Assembly (NCBI GenBank): GCA_017518295.1
Contig: JAFWVJ010000012.1
Location: 338,010-402,009 of the forward strand
Direction of reading: 5' to 3'
DNA length: 64,000 nt
Source of the DNA: Clostridia bacterium
GTDB taxonomy: Bacteria > Bacillota > Clostridia > TANB77 > UBA1234
Each line of letters starts with the position of its first letter. Positions within the stretch are counted from its first letter, which is position 1. Both the position numbers and the translations under genes were made by a program. The notes below the pieces were generated by a model. It ran no database searches and had not been told where the DNA came from. It was given only the letters and a program-made list of their open reading frames with translations. Below, piece after piece: positions 48,905-60,551 of this stretch.

Positions 48905-49324
48905 TTATTGTAACTTTGTTAAATCATCTGAAAATTTTGTGATTAATTCTTTTGCTTTATCTTTAAGCATTGCAAGTTCTATCTTTGCATCTATAAGCTT
49001 TTCACGTTGTTCTTCTATTAAAACATCAATATCTTGCTTTTCTTTTTCTGATTGTTTTCTAGCATCTTCAATTATTTGCTTTGCTTGTTGCTCAGCTTTC
49101 AATAAAACATCTGAAATGTTTGCTTTTGATGCATCTAGTTCTTTCTTTTCTTTTAAAAGTATTTGAACTTTCTCATTTAACTTAATATTTTCATTCTTCA
49201 TTTCTTGAAGTTGCTTTGTTTGCTCCATAAGCTCTTTTTCATAGTCATCTTTTATAGAAGCTATATAGCTTTCAACTTCTTTTTTATTTAAACCAAATAA
49301 ACCTTTTGGTAGATTTTCATCCAT
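48905..49324 (-). CDS. DivIVA-domain coiled-coil protein
   Basis: N-terminal GLFGLNKKEVESYIASIKDDYEKEL DivIVA-like motif then coiled coil. Confidence 0.65.
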   Translation of the reverse strand: MDENLPKGLFGLNKKEVESYIASIKDDYEKELMEQTKQLQEMKNENIKLNEKVQILLKEKKELDASKANISDVLLKAEQQAKQIIEDARKQSEKEKQDIDVLIEEQREKLIDAKIELAMLKDKAKELITKFSDDLTKLQ

Positions 49325-49363
49325 ATTGTACCTCCTAAAAAACTAAAGGACATAAAACTCTAT

Positions 49364-51694
49364 TTACATTGCTTTTAAAATCTTCTCAATTCCATTATAC
49401 ATAGCTTGAGCTGCGTTCTTTTGGAATGATTTTGTCTTTAGTCTTTCAAGTTCGGCATCATTTGAAATGAAACATACTTCACATAATATAGAAGGACATG
49501 GTGTTTTAGATAATATATGCAAATCGCTTCTATTTACTACGCCTCTATTTACCGTATCTAGCTTGTTTACAAGCTCTTTTACAATAATTTCAGCACATTC
49601 TTTACTAGTTATGTCACCAAAATTACTCTCTGTTTCGTTGTTATAATATAGTACCATTGTACCAGAATAAGATTTATTTTCAAGAGAATTATTGTGAATA
49701 CTTATAATAAAGTCTGGATTTACTTTTGTAGCATATGCAACACGATCTTCTCTATTTAGATAAGTATTATCGTCTTGCCTATCTATGTAAACTTCAATAT
49801 CATCTCTTTCTTTTAATAAATCATATAAATAAAGTGCAATCTTTAAATTATATATTTTTTCTTGTGCATCACCATTGCATGCACCAGGGTCTGATCCACC
49901 ATGACCAACATCTATTAATATCTTCTTTTTAATTTCTGTATCTCCAGATTCTGTTTCTGGCTTTGTAACTTTGTCATCGGTATTTTTTCTAATTGTAATC
50001 ACCACATTATCTATAGATTGACGAACAGCATATTTGCAGTTTCCTGTATCCATAATAGTAATTGTTTTATTTGCCACTACTACATTGTTTACAAAGTCAT
50101 CTTCTGGACTCATTGATCCTTCGCCAAAATCATATTCATCATTGTAAGTAATAACATATTTAAACTTCTTTTCATCTTGCTCAAAAGATAAATCAGAAAT
50201 CTTAACATTTTGAAGTGTAATTTGGCTATTTGATGTATTCTTTTTATATTTTATATTTTTATAAGTGCTCTCTTTAACTTCTATTTGAAGCTCTGATGTT
50301 CTTTTATATATGTTGTAATCACCTTTACTAGCTAAGTCTAATACTATTCTTACAGAAGACTTTGTATATTGAGAAAATCTTACTGATGTTATAATTGAAT
50401 TTTTTAAACTTATTTCTGTTGGTCCAGAAACATTTAACTTAGCATCAGGAATATCTATTACTACCCTATTTGGATTAGTAAGAAGCATATCATCATAAGC
50501 AATCTTGCCAGTGAATTTAATCTTAATTCTTCCAGATGATGTGCTATATTTAATTGAATCTATTGTTACATCATAATTTATTTCTTCATCATCAGTTTCT
50601 TCATACTCATGTTCATTAAATACAACTGTATCATTATTGGTATCTGGATTAGATGGATTTTCATTTACAGTCGTTTCACTTTTTGTTTCTTCTGAATTAC
50701 TAGTAGGTGTCTCAGTCTTAGTTTCATCTGCATTAGGTTCTTCTGTCTTTATATCTTCTTTAACTTCTTCAGAAGTTTTTGGATCCTCTTTTATAGGTTC
50801 TTCAACCTTTGGTTCTTCTTTAACCGGCTCTTCTACTTTTGGCACTTCTTTAATTGGTTCTGGTGTATCATCACCAGGAATCTTAAATTCTTCTGCCATT
50901 GCATAATAAAGTTTAGTTCTATCTTTTGACATTACTACTACATAGTCAGTTTCACTTCTTAAATCTATTACTATCCTATTAGTACCATTTCCTTGATTTC
51001 CAAAACGAACTGCCGAAACCATTCCGGAATCAAACTTAGCATTTGTAGTATCAAAAGTGAAATTGCAGTTTTCAATATCTATTACCAATCTAAAGTCATT
51101 TTGATCATCTTTTGGCAAGCTAAAATATTTATATCCAGTAATCTTTCCACTTGCATACATAATCATACAATTAACGTCATTTACAGTAGCAAAGCCAACG
51201 CTCGTTATATTTGTTTTTTGAAATTTAATATCTACTGTATAAGTTTCTTGATTCCAATCAACTAATAAATTTGCTTGTTCAGATATAAATCTTACTGGAA
51301 CCATTGTTTTATCATTTATTATCTTAGCCGGTACATCTAATGTAATTGCTTTTCCATTTACTTTTGCTTCTTTATTATCTATCCAAAGTGAAATTGTCTT
51401 ATCATCAAAAGTAACATCAACTCTTCTTTCGCTATTTATCCAATCTACTTTGCCACCAAGATATTCAAAAACTTCTCTTACTGGCACCAAAGTTCTATTG
51501 TCTAATATAATTGGAGGCATTTGGCCTTCACTTGGTGTAAATTTATCATTATTAAGCATTAAAGTAATATCTCTCACATTATATTCATGTGGCACACCAT
51601 CATATATTAAATTAGTCACGCTAGCTGCATAACAACTAGAAACCAATAAACTTATAAATATTAAAATAATTATCATTGGTATTTTTTTAATCAT
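49364..51694 (-). CDS. N-acetylmuramoyl-L-alanine amidase (Amidase_3) with N-terminal copper-amine-oxidase-like domain and Pro/Glu/Lys-rich linker
   Basis: C-terminal ILIDVGHGGSDPGA...; N-terminal TLVPVREVFEYLGGKVDW; EEPVKEEPKVEEP linker. Confidence 0.75.
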   Translation of the reverse strand: MIKKIPMIIILIFISLLVSSCYAASVTNLIYDGVPHEYNVRDITLMLNNDKFTPSEGQMPPIILDNRTLVPVREVFEYLGGKVDWINSERRVDVTFDDKTISLWIDNKEAKVNGKAITLDVPAKIINDKTMVPVRFISEQANLLVDWNQETYTVDIKFQKTNITSVGFATVNDVNCMIMYASGKITGYKYFSLPKDDQNDFRLVIDIENCNFTFDTTNAKFDSGMVSAVRFGNQGNGTNRIVIDLRSETDYVVVMSKDRTKLYYAMAEEFKIPGDDTPEPIKEVPKVEEPVKEEPKVEEPIKEDPKTSEEVKEDIKTEEPNADETKTETPTSNSEETKSETTVNENPSNPDTNNDTVVFNEHEYEETDDEEINYDVTIDSIKYSTSSGRIKIKFTGKIAYDDMLLTNPNRVVIDIPDAKLNVSGPTEISLKNSIITSVRFSQYTKSSVRIVLDLASKGDYNIYKRTSELQIEVKESTYKNIKYKKNTSNSQITLQNVKISDLSFEQDEKKFKYVITYNDEYDFGEGSMSPEDDFVNNVVVANKTITIMDTGNCKYAVRQSIDNVVITIRKNTDDKVTKPETESGDTEIKKKILIDVGHGGSDPGACNGDAQEKIYNLKIALYLYDLLKERDDIEVYIDRQDDNTYLNREDRVAYATKVNPDFIISIHNNSLENKSYSGTMVLYYNNETESNFGDITSKECAEIIVKELVNKLDTVNRGVVNRSDLHILSKTPCPSILCEVCFISNDAELERLKTKSFQKNAAQAMYNGIEKILKAM

Positions 51695-51812
51695 TTGTTA
51701 TTTTCCCTTCCAATTTGTATAAATCGACTCTATGACGCATACAAATTCAGTATAATTATATTATAAAAATTGGCTTAATATCAATGTTTGTAACACTTTC
51801 GTAACACAAAAA

Positions 51813-51895
51813 AGTGGCAACCTTTAGGTCGCCACTACTGTTTCGTATCGGTGAGCATCGCTCAACATATGGCGACCGGTGGTCGCCGCTACAGC
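51813..51895. repeat. GC-rich palindromic intergenic repeats (REP-like, three units)
   Basis: agtggcaacctttaggtcgccact ... cgtatcggtgagcatcgctcaacat atggcgaccggtggtcgccgctacag. Confidence 0.7.
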
Positions 51896-53199
51896 TATGG
51901 ATTAACTACTATATTTCCTGAGCTTCCAACTACTTCAATTAAGTCACCACTAGATGTTTCTTCTACTATAGCATCTCCAGATTCACTATTTTCTTGATTT
52001 TGAGCTTCTTCAGCAGCTTTTTTAGCAATTACTCCTGGAAGTTCTTCTAATTTAGCTTTTCTTGCAATTGCCTTATTGCTTACATTTTCGTAATATAATT
52101 CAATATAACAATTTGCTGATTCAATATTAAATACTTCTAAGTCAGTTCCCTCAAAGCCATCTCTCACATCTTCAACATAAATAAATATTGCATAATCATT
52201 TGACATTACTATATCTGAAAATGTTCCTTTGTCTTGATTTAGAACTGCATCTTCAATTGCAGTAGCAAGTTCTGTAGGAATCAATCCAAACATATATGTA
52301 TAAGAACCTTCGATTGCTCTTGTTGCAAACAATTTAGAAAGTGTAGATAGTTCTCCATTTGCTATTTGGCTAAATGAACCAATATAATCTAAGCCTACTG
52401 CATATCTTGTAACTTCTTCATAACCAACGTTTGCAAATGTAAATGCTTCTTCTACTGTTTTTCCTTCTTCAATGCCTTGCTTAATTGAAGCCATTGCTTC
52501 TTGAGCTTTTAATTTAGCATTTAAAGTTGCTGTAACTTCTGGATCAACTACTTCACCAGAAACATCTCCTGAAACATCACCAGAAGTATCTCCTGATGGA
52601 TGTTCAATTGGAACCATAAATACTCTATAATCAACTGTCTTAGCTAAGTCTTCTGCTTTTTGTCCTTCATCTAGTGAAAGAGCATAAGCATTTCTTAAAT
52701 AAGTTGGGCTTTGATTTAAATAACTAAAGTAATAATCTTGTACACCTTCTGGTACTTTACCTAGATTATATGAATCATTACGAAGTTTATCTTTTAGAGC
52801 AATTTCTTTTTGAACTCTATAATATTCATCAGCAGTTAAATTGTAGTCTCTTAATAGAATTTCTTCATCTCCGCTTTCTAGTGGAGCAGGCATTTCGCCT
52901 GATTCTAATTCAACCCCAGCATTTTCAGCCCATTTATTATATAGCTTACTAATATAGAATTGAGAAAGCATTGTGTCATAGCTTTCTGTATATTGGCTAT
53001 TATCTTCGTAATACCAAACTTTTCCATAACTTGCAAAATCAGCTAAATCATATGTGCTTTTGCCGATTGTAAGAACTGTTGTATCATTAGCGTCAGCTGC
53101 AATTAAGGCAATAATTGCACCAACGATAACAAATAATCCAATAATTAGTATAATAATTTTGCTTTTTTCCATAATTTCCTCATTTCCTCCCGAAATCAT
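51895..53199 (-). CDS. membrane-anchored hypothetical protein (possible SurA/PrsA-like chaperone N-domain), with SGDTSGDVSGDVSGEV micro-repeat
   Basis: single N-terminal TM; position immediately downstream of mfd. Confidence 0.4.
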   Translation of the reverse strand: MISGGNEEIMEKSKIIILIIGLFVIVGAIIALIAADANDTTVLTIGKSTYDLADFASYGKVWYYEDNSQYTESYDTMLSQFYISKLYNKWAENAGVELESGEMPAPLESGDEEILLRDYNLTADEYYRVQKEIALKDKLRNDSYNLGKVPEGVQDYYFSYLNQSPTYLRNAYALSLDEGQKAEDLAKTVDYRVFMVPIEHPSGDTSGDVSGDVSGEVVDPEVTATLNAKLKAQEAMASIKQGIEEGKTVEEAFTFANVGYEEVTRYAVGLDYIGSFSQIANGELSTLSKLFATRAIEGSYTYMFGLIPTELATAIEDAVLNQDKGTFSDIVMSNDYAIFIYVEDVRDGFEGTDLEVFNIESANCYIELYYENVSNKAIARKAKLEELPGVIAKKAAEEAQNQENSESGDAIVEETSSGDLIEVVGSSGNIVVNP

Positions 53200-56100
53200 C
53201 TAAGATATCACTATCTTCAAAAATTTTAGCACGTCTTTAAGTGTATCACTTTCAGTTTTTGATTGCAACTTTAAAGTTACTACAGGCGCATTATGGCCTG
53301 AAAAGAATATCTTACTCTTAAAATTGTCTATCAAAATCTGCACTTTTTCGTCAGTAAATATACTATTATCCAAAAACGTAAATACTACTTTATCGTCATT
53401 TTGCATCATCTTGGTAACACCAAGTTTTCTAGCATAAGTCTTTATTCGAGCAATCTCTAATAAATTAAACATCTCTGGTGGCATTTCGCCATATCTATCG
53501 ATTAATTCATCACAAACTTCACTAATTTGCTCTTCTTCGGTGATATTTGCTATATCTTGATAAGCTTCTATCTTTTGGCTATTTATGCTTATATATTCAT
53601 CAGGTATATATGCAGATACTTTTAAATCGATAATAATTTCAAATGGTTTATCAACATCAATGCCTTGTAATTCTTTAACCGCTTCTTCTAAAAGCTGTGT
53701 ATACATCTCATAACCAACTTGTGCCATATGACCTGATTGCTCCGGTCCTAAAATATTTCCAGCACCTCTTATTTCTAAATCACGAAGAGCTATCTTAAAT
53801 CCAGAACCAAACTCAGTAAACTCTTTAATTGCTTTTAGTCTCTTTTCGCTTACTTCAGACAAAACTTTATTCTTTCTATATGTGATATAAGCATATGCAG
53901 TTCTATCTGACCTTCCAACTCTTCCTCTTATTTGATAAAGTTGTGCTAAGCCCAATCTATCTGCATCTTCTATTATCATAGTATTTGCATTTGGTATATC
54001 AATACCAGATTCCATAATAGTTGTACATATTAATACATCGATATTCTTAAGAGCAAAGTCTTCCATGATATTTTCTATTTCTTTACCACTCATCTTACCA
54101 TGAGCAAATGCAACTCTTGCTTCTGGTACTAGTCTACTTATCTCTTGAGCTTTTGCTTCGATATTTTCAACCTTATTATATAGATAAAATACTTGTCCTT
54201 CTCTTTCTAGTTCTTTTATAATTGCTTCTTTAATAACATCGATATCATATTCTAATACATATGTTTGAATTGGCTTTCTATTTTGTGGTGGATCATAAAT
54301 AACACTCATATCTCTTATTCCTACAATACTCATATGAAGTGTTCTAGGAATTGGTGTAGCAGTCATGGTTAATACATCTACATTATTTTTAAGTTCTTTT
54401 ATCTTTTCTTTGTGAGCTACTCCAAAACGATGCTCTTCATCTATTATTAATAAACCTAAATCTTTAAAAGTAACATCATTACTTAATATTCTATGAGTTC
54501 CTATTAATATATCTATACTTCCGGTTTTAAGCTTCTTAACAATATCATTTTTTTGCTTTGTTGTTTTAAATCTATTTAATACTGATACTTCTATAGGATA
54601 ATCTTTCATTCTTTCTTTAAAAGTTTCATATTGTTGCTGTGCAAGTACTGTAGTTGGACAAAGATAAGCAACTTGCTTTCCATCCATTACTGCTTTAAAA
54701 GCTGCTCTTAAAGATACTTCTGTCTTACCATAACCTACATCGCCACATAAAAGTCTATCCATAGGTCTTTCAGATTCCATGTCTTTTTTAACTTCAGCTA
54801 TACATCTTAATTGATCATCTGTTTCTTCAAATGGAAAACTTTCTTCAAAATCATTTTGCCAAACTGTATCTTCACTAAACTTATAACCTACTTGTTTACT
54901 TCTTTTGGCATATAGTTCAATTAAGCCTTTTGCAATATCTCTTAAGCTTTGTTTTACTCTAGATTTAGTCTTTTCAAAATCTTTGCTTCCGAAGTCTATT
55001 TAGCTTTGGCTTACTATCTTCGCCACCGCCCATGTATTTACGTATACAGTCTAATTGGTTAGTTGGTACATATAATACATCTTCATCTTTATATTCAATT
55101 TTTAAATAGTCTTTTCTAATATTATCTATTACTAAAGTATGTATTCCTATATACTTTCCTATACCATGTGATTGATGTACTACGTAGTCTCCTGGTTTTA
55201 AATCAGCAAATACAACTTTACTTCCTTCTTGGAATGCTTTTGTTTTATAAGATTTTTTCTTTTCTTTGATTACATTATTTTCTTCACCAGCTACAATGCA
55301 AAGATTTATATCTTCTAGCATATATCCCGAACTTAAATTACCTTGCATTATCATAACTGGTACTTCTAAAGCATTCGGGTTTTCAATTGCTTCTTCAAAT
55401 AATTTAGTATCGTTATTCTCTAATATAGCAGTATTTATCTTATGCTCCAAAAACATCGTAGCAAGTGATCTACACTTTGATATAACTCCTCCTAAGATTA
55501 AGAGTTTGTTTCCTCTTTCTCGTGATTCTTGAATTTCCTGAAGGAATATATCCAAGCTGCCACGAAAAAAGTTCACCTCCCTACAGTTAAAACTGTATCC
55601 GTTTCTTTTTGCAAGCATATTTTCATCTATTCTAAATAGATTTATTGCATTAATTTCTTCTAAATTAATTGCAACTTCACTAAATGAAGACATTTGGTTT
55701 GTATAACTAGGAACTACTCCATGTTTTTCTAAATAGTCTTCAATTATTTCTTTGTTCTCATATTCTATTGATTGAGCTTTTGATTTTATTCTAACTGGTT
55801 CATCTACAAATATTGCTACATCTTTTGGAAAGAAATCTAAAATTAAAGAAGTCTTATCAAAGAAAAACTCAAAATACTTTTCTATTTTGCTTTGATAATT
55901 TCCACTTCTAATTTCTTCTATATCTTCTAGTATTTCTGGATATCTATCAAGTACATGATTCTTTTTAGCATTATAAGTATCATAAATCTTATCTGCAATT
56001 TCTCCTAAATTGTTTTTATCTACTAAGAATTCTTCAACAGGAAAAATTGAAATACTATTTAATGCACTAATTGATCTTTGAGAAATAGCATCAAATGTAC

Positions 56101-56710
56101 GAATTGAATCTATTTCATCTCCCCAAAATTCAATTCTTATTGGATTTTTTTCTGTAATAGGATATACATCTATTATTCCTCCACGCACTGAAAAAAGACC
56201 TTTACCATCGCAAAGGTCGGCGCGTTCAAATCCAATATTTATTAACTGTTCTTTTATTTTTTCTAGGCCATATTCTTTTCCTACTTCTATATGAAGCACA
56301 TTTTCAAATAGCTTTTGCTTATTTATTGTTTTTTGCATCAATGCTTCTATAGTTGTAAGTATTATTCCATTTTGAGAATTATATAAATCCGAAAAGCATT
56401 TTAGTCTTTCCATAGTCACATCTTTATTCATTGTGTCTATGTCATAATATACTATTTCTCTTTTTGGAAAAACTTGTACAGTTTCATCTTCAAAAAACTC
56501 CAAGTCTTTTTGCATCTTTTTAAGTTCTATTTCATTATATGTTAGAACTATTACTGGCTTTTTTGAATAGAATCTTGTTGCATATATAAAATGTGCTTTT
56601 GCTGATTCAGATAACCCAGAGATGTTTATTGGAAAATTACTTTTATTTACATCTTCGATATAATCTTGAAACTTCTTTAATTTTGGAAGAAGTTTTGCTA
56701 ATTGCTCCAT
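53200..56710 (-). pseudogene. mfd: transcription-repair coupling factor Mfd, split by a +1 frameshift near 54988-54994
   Basis: N-part (54974-56710) and C-part (53200-54780, MESERPMDRLLCGDVGYGKTEV) are contiguous Mfd; removing one nt restores ...KLNRLGSKDFEKTKSRVKQSLRDIA... Confidence 0.8.
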
Positions 56711-57012
56711 AAAGACTCCTTTTTTTATTTTTATGTACTTTTGCTATATATATATGTATTCAAAAATAATTGCGTCGCCCTACAAAGTCACTAATTATCG
56801 AATGCTAATAGCAACTAATAAAAATTTTCGGGACCCGCTTACATTCCGCTTCGCTCATTCGCCCCAAAAATTTTTTAAGTTGATCTATGCATTCAATATT
56901 AAGTGCTTTGTGTTCTTTGGCAGGTTATTTTTTCATACATACATATATAGCAAAAGCTCTATTAAAATAAACAATACAATATTGCTATATTAACATAAAT
57001 ATGCCGAAATTT

Positions 57013-57050
57013 CAATAAAAAAGCCCCCAACTTTAAGTTGAGGGACTTTT
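57013..57050 (-). terminator. rho-independent terminator
   Basis: agcccccaactttaagttgagggact hairpin plus T-run on minus strand. Confidence 0.5.
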
Positions 57051-57053
57051 ATT

Positions 57054-57860
57054 TTACTCGGCCGGAACAAAATATTTGGTCCGAACCCATCCATAGACTT
57101 GCTGACCATTTTCTTTGACGTACAGCACATAGGCAAATTCGCCATCATTTTGGATTACTGTGACAATGTCTCCAGAATGTATGATAGCAAGTTTTTTGGT
57201 CTCAAGATCAGGTTGCTCTCGAATACCTACAGATACCCCATCGTGGTCATACATAACCATCCACCTAGTTCCATAGGTTCCAGGAGAAGTTATATAGCCA
57301 TTACCACCTTCAAACCTGAAATTTTCGCCAAACTGTACCGCACCGTTATAGTCGTACATGCCTACATCAACTTTTTTGACGAAACAGGTGCCAGGGATAC
57401 GTTTCTCGGTATTAAGCTGACATACAAGCCATTCGTTTGTCTCATAGATAACAAACAATGTCTCTCCAGCACTTACCTTTTGACCATTTGTATGCCCTGA
57501 CCATGGATCAGTGTAGACATTCAGGCTTCCACTTGCTATTTGGATTCTGTAGCCATTAAGCACACAAAATGATTTAAGTACATAACCTGTTTGAGGTTCT
57601 GCACTCAATCCACTTTGATAGCAGTCAACTACATACCAATCATAGTATTCACCAGTAATGTAAAGTTCATCCATGTTATTACACTTGTAGAGCCTAGTAG
57701 AACGAGTATCGGGCTGTTCACGAACGCTTACTGTGGTGGAAATGACTGTTGCAGTACCATACCACTGAGTATAAGCATCCGAAAGAGTAGAGTTAATAGG
57801 GAAAAGAACCAAAAGCATGCTTAACAGGATATACGAGATGTACCGTTTCATTTTTTTCAC
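57054..57860 (-). CDS. secreted hypothetical protein (signal peptide; Trp/Tyr/Gly-rich, SH3b-like repeats possible); GC-rich codon usage
   Basis: signal peptide MKKMKRYISYILLSMLLVLFPINSTLSDA; composition GC-richer than flanks. Confidence 0.5.
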   Translation of the reverse strand: MKKMKRYISYILLSMLLVLFPINSTLSDAYTQWYGTATVISTTVSVREQPDTRSTRLYKCNNMDELYITGEYYDWYVVDCYQSGLSAEPQTGYVLKSFCVLNGYRIQIASGSLNVYTDPWSGHTNGQKVSAGETLFVIYETNEWLVCQLNTEKRIPGTCFVKKVDVGMYDYNGAVQFGENFRFEGGNGYITSPGTYGTRWMVMYDHDGVSVGIREQPDLETKKLAIIHSGDIVTVIQNDGEFAYVLYVKENGQQVYGWVRTKYFVPAE

Positions 57861-58008
57861 TCCTTTTAAATATTTATAGTGTAGGAATCGGTGAAATTTT
57901 GGTTACCACTGCTATTTTATCAAAAAATAAGTTATTTTTCAAGTATTATGTCAACTTTTATGTATTATTTAAGCTCCGGCTATGTGTTTTCACCACCGGA
58001 GCTTACTA

Positions 58009-58677
58009 TTATTGCTCATTTAATATTAGCTTTTTTCTATGAATATTATAATCATCTAGCTCTTCTTCTGGTACTACACTTTTTATTACTTGTACCACAT
58101 AATTTGGATTTAAGTTATTTTTGCTTCCTGCCAAACAATGAACTTTTACAATTATTGTATTGTAGTTTAAATCCACAACTTGCAAATCAATTATTAATGG
58201 CTTAATGTCGATTTCTTCTTCCTTACCATTTTTAGCTTGTTTAGTAACTAATACTTGCTCTTTATTAAATGCTTCATTTAGTTTAGCAACTATTTCTTCA
58301 TTATTGTTAGTTGATACTAAAATTGATATTTCATAATTCGCTTCTGTAACTAACGACATTAATCCTTTTGCTTTTTCTAATTTTTCACATGTTAATACTT
58401 TAAATCCATCTGGAAAGTTTTTATTTAGTTCGTCGATAACTTCTTGGCATTCAACATCTCCATTTAATTCCAAATCAAAATATTCACATTCAGAAGTTAC
58501 TCCAACTGCAAGCGGAAGTGCAAATGCTAATTGAACTCTTGGATTGAAGCCACTAGAAAACTTAATTGGTAAATTCGTTTTCTTTATGCATCTTGTAAAA
58601 GTACGCATTGTATCTAAGTGTCCAATATACTTAACTTCATCTCTTTTTTCAAATTTCATTCTATATATCATACACAT
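58009..58677 (-). CDS. TIGR03936-family radical-SAM-linked protein (DUF2344)
   Basis: size, position overlapping 3' end of TIGR03960-type rSAM gene, KYIGHLDTMRTF N-terminus. Confidence 0.6.
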   Translation of the reverse strand: MCMIYRMKFEKRDEVKYIGHLDTMRTFTRCIKKTNLPIKFSSGFNPRVQLAFALPLAVGVTSECEYFDLELNGDVECQEVIDELNKNFPDGFKVLTCEKLEKAKGLMSLVTEANYEISILVSTNNNEEIVAKLNEAFNKEQVLVTKQAKNGKEEEIDIKPLIIDLQVVDLNYNTIIVKVHCLAGSKNNLNPNYVVQVIKSVVPEEELDDYNIHRKKLILNEQ

Positions 58678-60551
58678 ACTCCTTTCGTTTCAAAGCATAC
58701 TCCGCATCCAAATTTAGCTGCTCCACATCCTGCACATTTTGCTCTACAATTTGGTGTTACTTTTTCTGCCATTGCATTATTAAATTCTTTTTTAAAGAAT
58801 TCTTTTGATACCATTATATTTATATGTTCCCATGGAAGTATTTCTTCTAATGGTATTTCTCTTCTTGAATAAAAGAATGGATCTATATTGCAATCTTTAA
58901 ATGCTTGCATCCATTTATCATAATCAAAAAATTCTCCCCACGCATCAAAGTTGCATCCTAATTCATGTGCTCTTAATAGAACTTTGTTTAATTTTCTATC
59001 TCCTTTTGCAAGCACAGCTTCTAACGTAGATGTCTTACTATCATGCCAATTATATTTGATTGCTCTATTTGTTAAATTTGTTTTTAAGAATTCTTGCTTT
59101 TTATTTATTGTCTCTACATCATCTTGCTTGCACCACTGAAATGGTGTAAATGGTTTTGGTACAAATGTAGACGTACTAACTGTTACAATCAATCCTTTTG
59201 TTCTTTCTTGTTTTGGTATAGAATAATATACTTCAACTATTTTATTTGCTAAATCTACTATTCCTTGAAGATCATCGTACGTCTCTGTTGGTAATCCAAT
59301 CATGAAATACAATTTAACATTATTCCATCCGCTTCTAAAAGCTAGTTCGCAACCTTTTAATATATCTTCTTCTGTTATTCCTTTATTTATAACATCTCTT
59401 AATCTTTGAGTACCTGCTTCTGGTGCAAATGTCAATCCAGATTTTCTTACATTATTAACTTCATCTAAAAGTTTTAAACTTACAGAATCTATTCTTAAAG
59501 AAGGTAGTGATAAATTTACATTCTTTGGTTTAAATTCACAAATTAAATCATCTGCTAATTTAAAAAATCCTCTGTAATCAGAAGTTGAAAGTGATGATAA
59601 AGCAAGTTCTTCATATCCCGTATTTTTGATCAAGTTTCTAGCATTTTCTTCTAATACTTCAACTGATTTTTCTCTTACCGGTCTATATAAAAATCCTGCT
59701 TGGCAAAATCTACAACCTCTTATACATCCTCTAAAAATTTCTAGCATTGGTCTATCATGAACAACACTCAAATATGGTACCATCCATTTTTCTGGATAAG
59801 TTACTTTATCTAAATCTTTTATTATTCTTTTTGTAACTATTTCTTTTGCATTTTTATTATTTGGTTTTATTTCTTTTATTGTTCCATCTTCGTTATAACT
59901 TACATCATAAAAGCTTGGAACATACACACCTTCTATATTTGCTATTCTTTCTAAAAACTTTATTCTAGGCTCTTTTGCTTCTTTCCATTTAATCCACTCA
60001 TCAGTTACTTCTAAATTTAATTCTTCACCTTCGCCTAAAACAATAAAATCAAAAAAATCAGATATAGGTTCTGAATTATATGAACAAGGTCCACCTGCCA
60101 TTACAAATGGATCATTTTCACCTCTATCTTTTGATAAAAGTGGTACACCACCTAATTCAAGCATATTTATAATATTTGAATAGCTCATTTCATATTGAAG
60201 AGTAAAACCAATCATATCAAATTCATTTAGATTAGTTTTAGTTTCTAATGAGAAAAGCTTAATATTATTTTCTCTCATTAGTTTTTCCATATCTACCCAT
60301 GGTGCAAATGCTCTTTCACAATATGTATCATTTCTTCTATTATATAAATCATATAAGATTCTTAAACCTAAATGCGACATACCAATCTCATATACATCTG
60401 GAAAACAAAAACAATATCTAAATTTAATATCTTTTAAATCTTTTTTGCACATATTTAATTCTTCACCAGTATAACGAATTGGTTTTTCAACTTGCTTTAA
60501 TAATTTATCTATATTCAAAGAGCTTTCCTCCCTACTTGTAGTGGCGGTCAT
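58668..60551 (-). CDS. TIGR03960-family radical SAM protein (N-terminal B12-binding-like domain)
   Basis: FRGCIRGCRFCQAG CxxxCxxC; ~627 aa. Confidence 0.75.
   Translation of the reverse strand: MTATTSREESSLNIDKLLKQVEKPIRYTGEELNMCKKDLKDIKFRYCFCFPDVYEIGMSHLGLRILYDLYNRRNDTYCERAFAPWVDMEKLMRENNIKLFSLETKTNLNEFDMIGFTLQYEMSYSNIINMLELGGVPLLSKDRGENDPFVMAGGPCSYNSEPISDFFDFIVLGEGEELNLEVTDEWIKWKEAKEPRIKFLERIANIEGVYVPSFYDVSYNEDGTIKEIKPNNKNAKEIVTKRIIKDLDKVTYPEKWMVPYLSVVHDRPMLEIFRGCIRGCRFCQAGFLYRPVREKSVEVLEENARNLIKNTGYEELALSSLSTSDYRGFFKLADDLICEFKPKNVNLSLPSLRIDSVSLKLLDEVNNVRKSGLTFAPEAGTQRLRDVINKGITEEDILKGCELAFRSGWNNVKLYFMIGLPTETYDDLQGIVDLANKIVEVYYSIPKQERTKGLIVTVSTSTFVPKPFTPFQWCKQDDVETINKKQEFLKTNLTNRAIKYNWHDSKTSTLEAVLAKGDRKLNKVLLRAHELGCNFDAWGEFFDYDKWMQAFKDCNIDPFFYSRREIPLEEILPWEHINIMVSKEFFKKEFNNAMAEKVTPNCRAKCAGCGAAKFGCGVCFETKGVCV

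Noticed and set aside
57971-58004. Palindrome aagctccgg...ccggagctt downstream of the 58009 gene as a terminator
   Set aside because: It has an 8-bp stem but no convincing T-run on the relevant strand, so it is left uncalled.
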